This document shows, piece by piece, positions 37,773 to 45,626 of a stretch of 64,000 nucleotides of DNA. The DNA is from an uncultured delta proteobacterium (GTDB lineage Bacteria; Myxococcota; Myxococcia; Myxococcales; Myxococcaceae). The translations under genes and the position numbers were made by a program. Under the pieces are notes generated by a model, which was given only the letters and a program-made list of their open reading frames with translations, did not search any database and was not told where the DNA came from. How positions within the stretch are numbered: position 1 is the stretch's first letter; every line of letters begins with the position of its first letter. The DNA lies in contig CAVYSY010000021.1 in NCBI GenBank assembly GCA_963771175.1, positions 1 to 64,000 of the forward strand. The letters are read 5' to 3'.

Positions 37773-39341
37773 ATGCCGAAGTTGAACCCACTGGCCGCCA
37801 TCGCGGTCCTGTCGACGGCGACCCTGGCATTCCCGCTCGGGGCTCTCGCCGCCAGCCACCGCGAGGCACCCATCACCGCCTTGGACCACAAGGCGGACAT
37901 CACCGACTTCTTCGCCTTCGTCAGCTATGACAAACCCGACAGGGTCACGTTCATCCTGGACGTGGACCCGCTGTTGGAGCCGGCGAACGGACCCAACTAC
38001 TTCCCGTTCGATCCCAACATCCTCTACACCATCAAGATCGATAACGACCACGACGCCATCGAGGACGTCTGGTTCGAGTTCCGCTTCAACACGGAAATCC
38101 GCGCGCCCAACGTCTTCACGGGCTACGTGGGCGCGGGCTCGGGCATCGCCGCCCCGGGCAACTCGCCCCCGCCGATCGCGCCCGGAACCCCCGTCGTGCC
38201 GCCGGCCATCACCGCCCTGGACGGGCCCGGCTCGGAGGGGCTCAGCCTGCGCCAGCAGTACACGGTGACCCTGGCGCGCCGCGGTCCGGGCAACTCCGTG
38301 AAACGCACCCGCCTGGGCGAACGCATGCGCCTGTTCGCGCTGCCGAGCAACGTCGGCCCGCGCACCATGCCCAACTATTCCTCCCTGGCGAAGCAGGCCC
38401 TCTTCCGGGTGGGCCAGGACGTCAGGGTCTTCGCCGGCACCGTGGAAGATCCGTTCTGGATCGACCTTGGCGCGGCCTTCGACTCCCTGAACTTCCGCGC
38501 CACCGGTTTCAAGGTGCCCGGTGTGCTGTCGGACGCCCAGGACGCCGACGACACCCGCAACTTCGCCAGCGATGCCGTCTCCGGCTACAACGTGAACGCC
38601 ATCGCCATCGAGGTGCCCATCTCCCTGCTGACCCGCGACGGCAAGCGGCACGCACCCACCGAGCCCGCCGCCACGCTCGGCACCTGGGCCACGACCTCTC
38701 GCCAGCGTGTCTCCGTCCGCCGACACCCCGCCGAGCGGAACGGCGACGCCCGGGACGCCGACGTCTGGCGGCAGGTGCAGCGCATGGGCAACCCGCTCAT
38801 CAACGAGCTCCTCGTGGGCACTGGCTCCAAGGACCGCTTCAGCACCGACCAGCCCAGGAACGACTCGCGGTTCGCGCCCTTCTTCCTCGACCCCTTGCTG
38901 GCGCGCGTGCTGAACGCCGTGTATGGGATTGACATCCCCACCCCGCCCCGCACCGATCTGCTGCCACTGGTGACCTACGCGCCGCCCATCGCGGCCGCGG
39001 GCACCCCCGCTGGCCCGGTCGCCGATCTGCTGCGCTTGAATACGGGCGTACCGCCCACGCCGGTGGGCAAGCAGAAGCGCCTGGGCCTGCTCGCGGGCGA
39101 TCCCTCCGGCTTCCCCAACGGGCGCCGGCTGGGCGACGACGTCACCGACATCTCCGCACGCGCGGTGGCGGGTGTGCTGAACCCCCAGTTCAACAAGGCC
39201 CCCAACAACCGCATCGGCGACGGCGTCAACACCAACGACGCCCCGTACCAGAGCACCTTCCCGTACCTCGGCCTCGCGTGGGACGGCCGCAACCGCCGCC
39301 ACATCGACCCGGGTGAGGTGGGAGGCGGTCCCGTCAACTAG
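37773..39341 (+). CDS. DUF4331 domain protein
   Basis: ASHREAP, DITDFFAF, DPFWIDLG, QVQRMGNPLINE, GFPNGRRLGDDVTDI, FPYLG. Confidence 0.9.
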   Translation: MPKLNPLAAIAVLSTATLAFPLGALAASHREAPITALDHKADITDFFAFVSYDKPDRVTFILDVDPLLEPANGPNYFPFDPNILYTIKIDNDHDAIEDVWFEFRFNTEIRAPNVFTGYVGAGSGIAAPGNSPPPIAPGTPVVPPAITALDGPGSEGLSLRQQYTVTLARRGPGNSVKRTRLGERMRLFALPSNVGPRTMPNYSSLAKQALFRVGQDVRVFAGTVEDPFWIDLGAAFDSLNFRATGFKVPGVLSDAQDADDTRNFASDAVSGYNVNAIAIEVPISLLTRDGKRHAPTEPAATLGTWATTSRQRVSVRRHPAERNGDARDADVWRQVQRMGNPLINELLVGTGSKDRFSTDQPRNDSRFAPFFLDPLLARVLNAVYGIDIPTPPRTDLLPLVTYAPPIAAAGTPAGPVADLLRLNTGVPPTPVGKQKRLGLLAGDPSGFPNGRRLGDDVTDISARAVAGVLNPQFNKAPNNRIGDGVNTNDAPYQSTFPYLGLAWDGRNRRHIDPGEVGGGPVN

Positions 39342-39399
39342 TCAGCCCGCCGTGGGTGCGCTCACCGTGCGCCCACGGCTTTCCTTCCAGGAGGTTTCC

Positions 39400-40557
39400 A
39401 TGAAAGCGATTGGGAGTCTGGCGGGGATCCTGCTCTTCGCCTCTGTCGCCCTGGGTCAGATCCAGGTGAAGCCCACGCCCGCGGAGGTGCGGATCGCCCA
39501 GGCGCGCGGCGCCATCGAGAAGAACCCTGAGTACTACCAGGCCTACAATGACCTCGCGCTGGCCCTGGCTCGCCGTGCGCGTGAGACGGGAGATCCCACG
39601 AAGTACAGTGAGGCCGAGGAGGCCCTGAAGCGCTCCTTCCGGCTCCAGCCCGACAACTTCGAGGGGCAGAAGGTCCAGTGCTGGCTGCTGCTGGGAAGGC
39701 ACGAGTTCGAGAAGGCGCGCGAGCTGGCCCGCGAGCTCAACCGCCGTGCGCCCGACGACGTGCTGGTGTATGGCTTCCTCGCGGACGCCAACGCCGAGCT
39801 TGGCAACTACCCGGAGGCGGAGACCGCCGCGCAGTGGATGCTCGACCTCCGCCCGGGCAACATCCCCGGGCTGACGCGGGCGGCGTACCTGCGGGAGACC
39901 TACGGCGACGTCGAGGGCGCGCTGGAGTTGATGCGCATGGCCTACGACCAGACCGACCCGGGTGAGCTCGAGGACCGCGCCTGGCTCCTGACGCAGATCG
40001 GTCACCTGCACCTCATCCATGGCAAGCAACAGGAGGCCGAGGCCGCACTGCTCGAGGCCTTGCGCCTGTTCCCCCGGTATCACTACGCGCTCGGGACGCT
40101 TGGCACGCTGCGCATGGAGCAGCGCCGCTGGGCGGATGCCGTCGAGCTGTTCGAGCGGCGCTACGCCGTTGCGCCCCATCCGGAGAACCTCTATCCGCTG
40201 GCGGAAGCGTTGGAGCGCGCCGGCCGCTCCCGCGAAGCGCGAAGCGCATTCCGCACCTTTGAGCGGCAAGCCGTGCGCGAGAGCGTGCAGAGTGACAATG
40301 CCAACCGCGAGTTGATCTTCTATTACATCGAGCACGCCCACGAGCCGGCCCGGGCACTGCGCCTGGCGGAACGCGAGTCCGCTCGCCGCGAGGACGTCTA
40401 CACCCTCGACGCGTACGCCTGGGCGCTCCATGCCAACGGCCGTGACCGCGAGGCGCAATCGCAGATCGATCGCGTGCTGAAGATCGGGGCCCGCTCGCCC
40501 CTCTTCCAGTCACACGCCAGCGCCATCGCGGCCGGGCTCGGCCAGGTGTCCAGATGA
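39400..40557 (+). CDS. Exported TPR protein
   Basis: Signal peptide, ARETGDP motif, TPR helices; GGAGG RBS. Confidence 0.85.
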   Translation: MKAIGSLAGILLFASVALGQIQVKPTPAEVRIAQARGAIEKNPEYYQAYNDLALALARRARETGDPTKYSEAEEALKRSFRLQPDNFEGQKVQCWLLLGRHEFEKARELARELNRRAPDDVLVYGFLADANAELGNYPEAETAAQWMLDLRPGNIPGLTRAAYLRETYGDVEGALELMRMAYDQTDPGELEDRAWLLTQIGHLHLIHGKQQEAEAALLEALRLFPRYHYALGTLGTLRMEQRRWADAVELFERRYAVAPHPENLYPLAEALERAGRSREARSAFRTFERQAVRESVQSDNANRELIFYYIEHAHEPARALRLAERESARREDVYTLDAYAWALHANGRDREAQSQIDRVLKIGARSPLFQSHASAIAAGLGQVSR

Positions 40558-40599
40558 GACGTCTCGCGCTCCGCCCGGAGAGCACGAGCGGGCAACCTC

Positions 40600-40819
40600 T
40601 CAGGGCGTGGAGCGGACTCCCAGCATGCGGAGCGCCAGCTCGGCGAGGGTGTCGATGGCGAGCGTCTCCGACGGCTCGTACCAGTACGGGATGCGCAGCC
40701 CCATCGTGGCGATCGCCACCGCGGTGACGAGCACCTGGGGTGGAGAGAAGAGACTCATGGCCACCCCTCGCGCGATGACCTCGAGCAGGAGGGCGGAGGA
40801 CTGGTCGCGCAGCGCCGCG
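40600..40819 (-). pseudogene. TetR-family C-terminal fragment
   Basis: VIARGV...AIATMGLRIPYWY...LALRMLG with no HTH and no start. Confidence 0.5.
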
Positions 40820-41062
40820 CTACTTCTCCCGGAGGGCCGTGAGGACCTCACGCGCGGCGGCCACGGAAGAGGCCGGGTTCTGGCCGGTGATCAGCCGCCC
40901 GTCATGCACCGCGAAGCTGCTCCACAGGGGCCCTCGCTCGTAGCGGGGCCCCAGGTCGCGCAGCCGCGTCTCCAGCGGGAAGGGCACCAGCTTGTCGAGC
41001 TTCACCGCGCGCTCCTCCTCGTCGGAGAAAGCCGACACACGCTTGCCGGCCACCAGGGCCAA
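40820..41062 (-). pseudogene. DJ-1/PfpI (type 1 GATase-like) C-terminal fragment
   Basis: LVAGKRVSAFSDEEE, VPFPLE, DGRLITGQNPASS; N-terminus and catalytic Cys absent. Confidence 0.7.
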
Positions 41063-41217
41063 GAGGTGAGACTCGCCTCTGCCCCCCGAGGGCTCACACT
41101 ATCTCCCGTGTAGCCGACTTATTGGGTGTGTCCACGAAATCGGGGCAGGCTCATCATGGACGTGAGCCGGCACGACGCCGGAGCAGGACGCATTCCCACC
41201 GCCCAGGAGGAGGGCAT

Positions 41218-43426
41218 ATGAAGGACCACAATCAGGGAACCGATGCGACCGGCAGCAGCGGCGACGGTTCGAGCGGAAGCGGTTCCGGCGGCGACTCCGG
41301 CAACGGGTCGACCCCGCCGACCCGGCCCGTTCGGCCGAACGTGCTGATGATCATGGTCGACCAGCTGTACTACCCGGGGACGGGCTACGGCTCGGCCGGG
41401 TTCGCGGACGACATCAAGCGCATCCTCTCGTTCGTCGGCAGCCTCGAAGGCAACGACTACGTCCAGCACTTCCCCGGCTTCTGCAAGCTGCGCGAGTACG
41501 CGGTGGTGTTCACTGATCACACCATCGCGGAATCGGCCTGCATTCCCAGCCGCGCCAGCATCATGACCGGGCAGTACGGGCCGCGTACCGGCGTCACCCA
41601 GACAGATGGGCTGTTCAAGAGCGGCGACGCCTCGAACTTCCCGTGGCTGCGCGCGGACGGGGCGCCGACCGCGGGCGATTACTTCCGCGAGCTCGGTTAT
41701 TCCACGCACTACTTCGGCAAGTGGCATGTCAGCGATCCGCCGGAGCACACCCTGCAGGGCTTCGGCTTCGGCGACTGGGAGCTTTCGTGGCCGGAGCCGC
41801 ACGGCGCGCTGACCAACAACATGGGCGTGTATCGCGACTACCAGTTCGCCGATCTCGCCTGCGCCTTCCTGCGTCGGCGCGGGCTCGGCGTGCCGTTCTC
41901 GCGCGCGAGTTCGACCGCTGGCGATCATCATCCCGAGCACGGCTTCGTGCCCACGCCGCCGCCGTTCTTCGCGGTGTGCTCGTTCACCAATCCGCACGAC
42001 ATCGCCACCTATCCGGTGCTGCCGCGCGCGCTGAGGCCGGCCAGTCCCGGCGCCACCGTCACTCCGCAGGCGCTGGTCGGGCCGGGCGGTTCGGTGCCGA
42101 TCCCCGCACACGGGCACGGTCAGCGCGAAGCCGCAGAGCGGCACCTTCCGCGTGCCGCTGAATCCGACCGGATTGCCGCAGGACTGCGCCAGCGCCTCGC
42201 CGACCCAGAAGGAGAACCTGCTCGACAACAAGCCGCGCGCGCAGTTCGACAGCTCGTACAAGGTCGCGCTCGGGCTCGCCGCGAAGACCGGGCTCGGTGT
42301 CGCCCAAGCCATGGGCGGCGATTCGCAGACCGTGCTCGCCAACGCGGTGAAGGCGACGCTCGCCTCCTCCTTCCCGTTCCAGCTGCAGAGCGATCCGGAC
42401 GGCGCGGGCACCGGCTTCCTGCAGTACTACGCCTACATGATCTCGATGGTCGACCGCCACATCCTGCGCGTGCTGGAGGCGCTGGAGGAGTCGGGCCTGC
42501 GCGACGAGACCATCGTCGTCTTCGCCTCGGATCACGGCGAATACGGCGCCGCGCACGGCATGCAGATCGAGAAGTGGCACGGCGCCTATCAGGAAGTGGT
42601 GCACGTGCCGTTCCTGATCAGCTCGAGGACCTACAACGATGCCACCGACGCGCCGATCGCGATCAACGCGCAGACCAGCCACATCGACATCCTGCCGACT
42701 CTGTTCGGTTTGATCGACGCCAGGCCGGAGGAGCTCGAACGCGCGCGCCGCGCGCTGTCGAAGACGCATCTGGCCGCGCCGCTGCCCGGCGCCAACCTGG
42801 TGCCGGTGATAGCTGCCGGTGGCGGTCCGGTCATCGGCCCCGACGGCGAGCCGCGCATTGGCGTGCTGTTCGCGACCGACGACATGATCACCGAGCCGCT
42901 GCCGCGCGACGACGATCCGCACAACCAGGCGTCGTGGCAGCAGTACGCGGTGTACGCGGCGACGGTGGAGCTGTTGCGCACGCCGCCCGCGGACGGGCAG
43001 TCGCATCCCTATGTGCCCGAGCTCGCGCCCGGCCCGGTGGTGCAGCCGGCGCACGTGCGCGCGCTGCGCTCGGGCGACTGGAAGCTGGTGCGCTACTGCG
43101 ACCCGTGGAGCGAGAACCCGGTGCCGGACCAGTGGGAGCTGTACAACCTCGCGGTCGATCCGGTCGAGGCCACCAATCTGCTGATCTACGACGGCGCGTT
43201 CCCGACCGTGATTGCTGGGACCGCGTTGCCGGGCGGGCTGACCGTGGCCCAGGTGACCGACGCGGCGAACACGCTGCGCGCGGAGCTGGCGCGTCAGGAG
43301 GCGCGGCTGCTGTCGCCGTATCCGAGCAAGTACCCGACCGCCGGGGAAGGTGTCAGAGGACTCATCCCGACACCTCGCTCCCACGAGTCGTCTGATACCC
43401 CATCCGGTCTCCTACGAGTCGTCTGA
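41218..43426 (+). CDS. Sulfatase-like hydrolase (frameshift near 42120)
   Basis: RPNVLMIMVDQ, CIPSRASIMTG (CxPxR), YFGKWH, FASDHGE, HVPFLI, WELYNL..DP.E. Confidence 0.85.
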
Positions 43427-43470
43427 CACCCCATCCGGGTTCGGCGTCTCCTACGAGTCGTCTGACACCT
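43342..43470. repeat. Short repeat cluster
   Basis: ACGAGTCGTCTGAYACC at 43383, 43414 and 43453 plus inverted copy GGTGTCAGAGGACTC at 43349. Confidence 0.8.
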
Positions 43471-43493
43471 CGTTCGGAAGGTGGGCGGGGCGC

Positions 43494-44069
43494 TCAATTC
43501 AGCGTCCCGCACTCGGCGATCCGCTGCACCCGAAGCGCGTCCAGCCGCTCCAGCGCCGCCGCCGCCTCCGGTCCCTCGAGCACCGCCACCGCGCGGGCGA
43601 TCGCCTCCAGGGTGGACATCCCAGACGGGTGCGTGGGCTCGCGGAGCCGGAGCGTCCCGGGCGCGGGCGGCGGCAGCACCAGCCGGGGGAGCGTCCGCAG
43701 CGCGGGGAGCCGCTGGGTCATCCGCCGCGCCTGCGACCAGCTCCCGTCCAGCACCACCAACTGCCTCGGCGGAGGGGCGTCCGGCGGCGCGGTGGGGCCA
43801 TCGGGGAAGAGCAGCCAGGTGCCGGGCTCGGAGAGCAGGGCGGTGTCGAGGGCCTCGTCCAGTGCGCCGTAGGTGAGCAGCCTGGCGTTCACGAGGGCCA
43901 GTGCGGCCACCCGCCCGGTGTTGCTCTTCTTCCGGCTCTCCACCGCGTGCTGGAGGAGGAGGAAACGAGTGCGCGTCTCCACCCGGGGAATCTCGGCACA
44001 CAGGCACAGGTGCGGCGGGAGGTTGCAGCGGTCGCAGCGGGGCCGGAAGCGGGAGATGCGGGGAGACAT
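43494..44069 (-). CDS. DTW-domain tRNA-uridine aminocarboxypropyltransferase
   Basis: CDRC...CLC, SNTGR, LLFP, VLDGSWSQARR, MSTLEA. Confidence 0.85.
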   Translation of the reverse strand: MSPRISRFRPRCDRCNLPPHLCLCAEIPRVETRTRFLLLQHAVESRKKSNTGRVAALALVNARLLTYGALDEALDTALLSEPGTWLLFPDGPTAPPDAPPPRQLVVLDGSWSQARRMTQRLPALRTLPRLVLPPPAPGTLRLREPTHPSGMSTLEAIARAVAVLEGPEAAAALERLDALRVQRIAECGTLN

Positions 44070-44182
44070 CCTCCGGCATCGTGTTCCAGCGGACGCGGGG
44101 AGGGAAGCGTTCGTTTCCGCTCCCGGCGCTCGCCCGCCCGGTCCCCGGGGAAGGCGGGGAAGGTGTCAAAGGCGCGCGAGCC

Positions 44183-45148
44183 TCAGGCCACCGAGGGCAC
44201 GGGCTTCTCCTTCACGTCCGCCCTCGGTGCGCCCAGCGCGAGCCCCGCCGCGCTCAGCCGCACCAGCACCACCCACACCACGTCCGCCAGCAGCAGGTGC
44301 ACGAGCTGCATCCACACCGGCGCCAGCAGCACCAGGTTCACCAGCCCCGCCACCAGTTGCAGCGCGTACAGCACGCCCAGCAGCCTCGCGGACTTCCGCA
44401 CCGCGGGCGAGGGCCGCAGCCGCGCCACCATCGTCGCCGAGAACACCACCAGCGCTCCCACGGCCACCGCCAGCACCGGGTGCAGCACCCGCAGCCGCAG
44501 CAGCACGTGCGCCGTGGGCGACACGTCCTGGCTCAGCCCCTCGGCGAGGCTCGTCGCCGGGAAGAGCGTGTCCCCCAGCGCCGCGATGGCGCCGCTCACC
44601 CCGAGCACCAGCACGCCCACCAGGCTCCCCGCCACCAGCCACCCCGTCAGCCCCTGCCGCCTCAGCACCACCCGCTCCCGGCCCTCCGCCCACCAGCACG
44701 TCAGCGCCATCGCGCCCACCAGCAGGAACGTGTTGATGAGGTGCGCCGCCATCCACCAGGCCCGCGCGGTGGAGGGGTTGTCCGCCACCATCTTGAAGAG
44801 CACCAGCCCCGCGCCCACCGCCGCCTCCGTCAGCATGAAGAAGAGCGAGGCCCCCGCCGCCTTGCGCACCGGGTGGCCCTTGGCGTGCGCCCGCAGCCCC
44901 CACACGCACAGCACCACCGCCAGCACCAGCGCCAGCCCGCTCGTCAGCCGGTGCGTGTACTCGATGAGCGTCTCCACGCTCGGCGCGCGCGGCACCACCT
45001 CGCCGTTGCACACCGGCCAGTGGTCTCCGCACCCGGCGCCCGAGCCCGTGGCGCGCACGTAGGCGCCCCACAGCACCACGGCCAGGGTGTAGACGAGGGT
45101 GAGCCAACTGAAGATGCGGAAGGAACGGGAGGACACGGAGGAGCTCAT
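44183..45148 (-). CDS. ctaA: COX15/CtaA heme A synthase family
   Basis: GAYVRATGSGAGCGDHWPVCNG, IEYTHR, conserved His in TM helices. Confidence 0.85.
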   Translation of the reverse strand: MSSSVSSRSFRIFSWLTLVYTLAVVLWGAYVRATGSGAGCGDHWPVCNGEVVPRAPSVETLIEYTHRLTSGLALVLAVVLCVWGLRAHAKGHPVRKAAGASLFFMLTEAAVGAGLVLFKMVADNPSTARAWWMAAHLINTFLLVGAMALTCWWAEGRERVVLRRQGLTGWLVAGSLVGVLVLGVSGAIAALGDTLFPATSLAEGLSQDVSPTAHVLLRLRVLHPVLAVAVGALVVFSATMVARLRPSPAVRKSARLLGVLYALQLVAGLVNLVLLAPVWMQLVHLLLADVVWVVLVRLSAAGLALGAPRADVKEKPVPSVA

Positions 45149-45415
45149 CGGCGGGCAGGTCCCCGGACCAGGGGGCACGGGTGGCTCCTCCCTAACGCAC
45201 TTCGCCCCCGACCGCCGCACCCGCGTGCCGCCGCTCCGGGCGCCTGCTCCCTTCTCCCGCCTGCCTTGTCGGTGTTCCTCCTTCCCTATCCAGCCGGGTC
45301 TCTGGATACCCCCCGCCGCGCTTTGGATGGGCCGCTGGAAAGGCCTGCCTGCCCTCGGCGGCGTCCTGGAAAGGGATTGGATGATTTCCAATCGGCCCCC
45401 AGGGTCCGAAATCGT

Positions 45416-45431
45416 TGGCACGCGAACTGCT
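45416..45431 (+). promoter_or_regulatory. Sigma-54 -24/-12 promoter
   Basis: TGGCACGCGAACTGCT (GG-N10-GC); no ORF follows on this strand. Confidence 0.75.
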
Positions 45432-45438
45432 ACATGTT

Positions 45439-45532
45439 GACTCGATAACGATTTCGAGTTCGGGCGCCTCGGTGCCTGAAGCGCTCCGTGGGTCGGGGGA
45501 CCCCCCCACCTCGGCCCGCGAGCGCATCTTTT
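45439..45532 (+). ncRNA. Pxr-like small regulatory RNA
   Basis: Three consecutive hairpins directly after the sigma-54 site; third loop GACCCCCCCA; ends in TCTTTT. Confidence 0.65.
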
Positions 45533-45626
45533 CGCGGTTGTCGTCGTAGGTACGCACCGCGGGTCGGGTTCGCCCCCTGTCCTGGCCCGCGGTGTTCTTA
45601 TGTCCTCGGCTCGCGGCTCCGGGCGC

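Noticed and set aside
43383..43470. CRISPR array
   Set aside because: Only three short units, spacers are short and similar to each other, no cas genes
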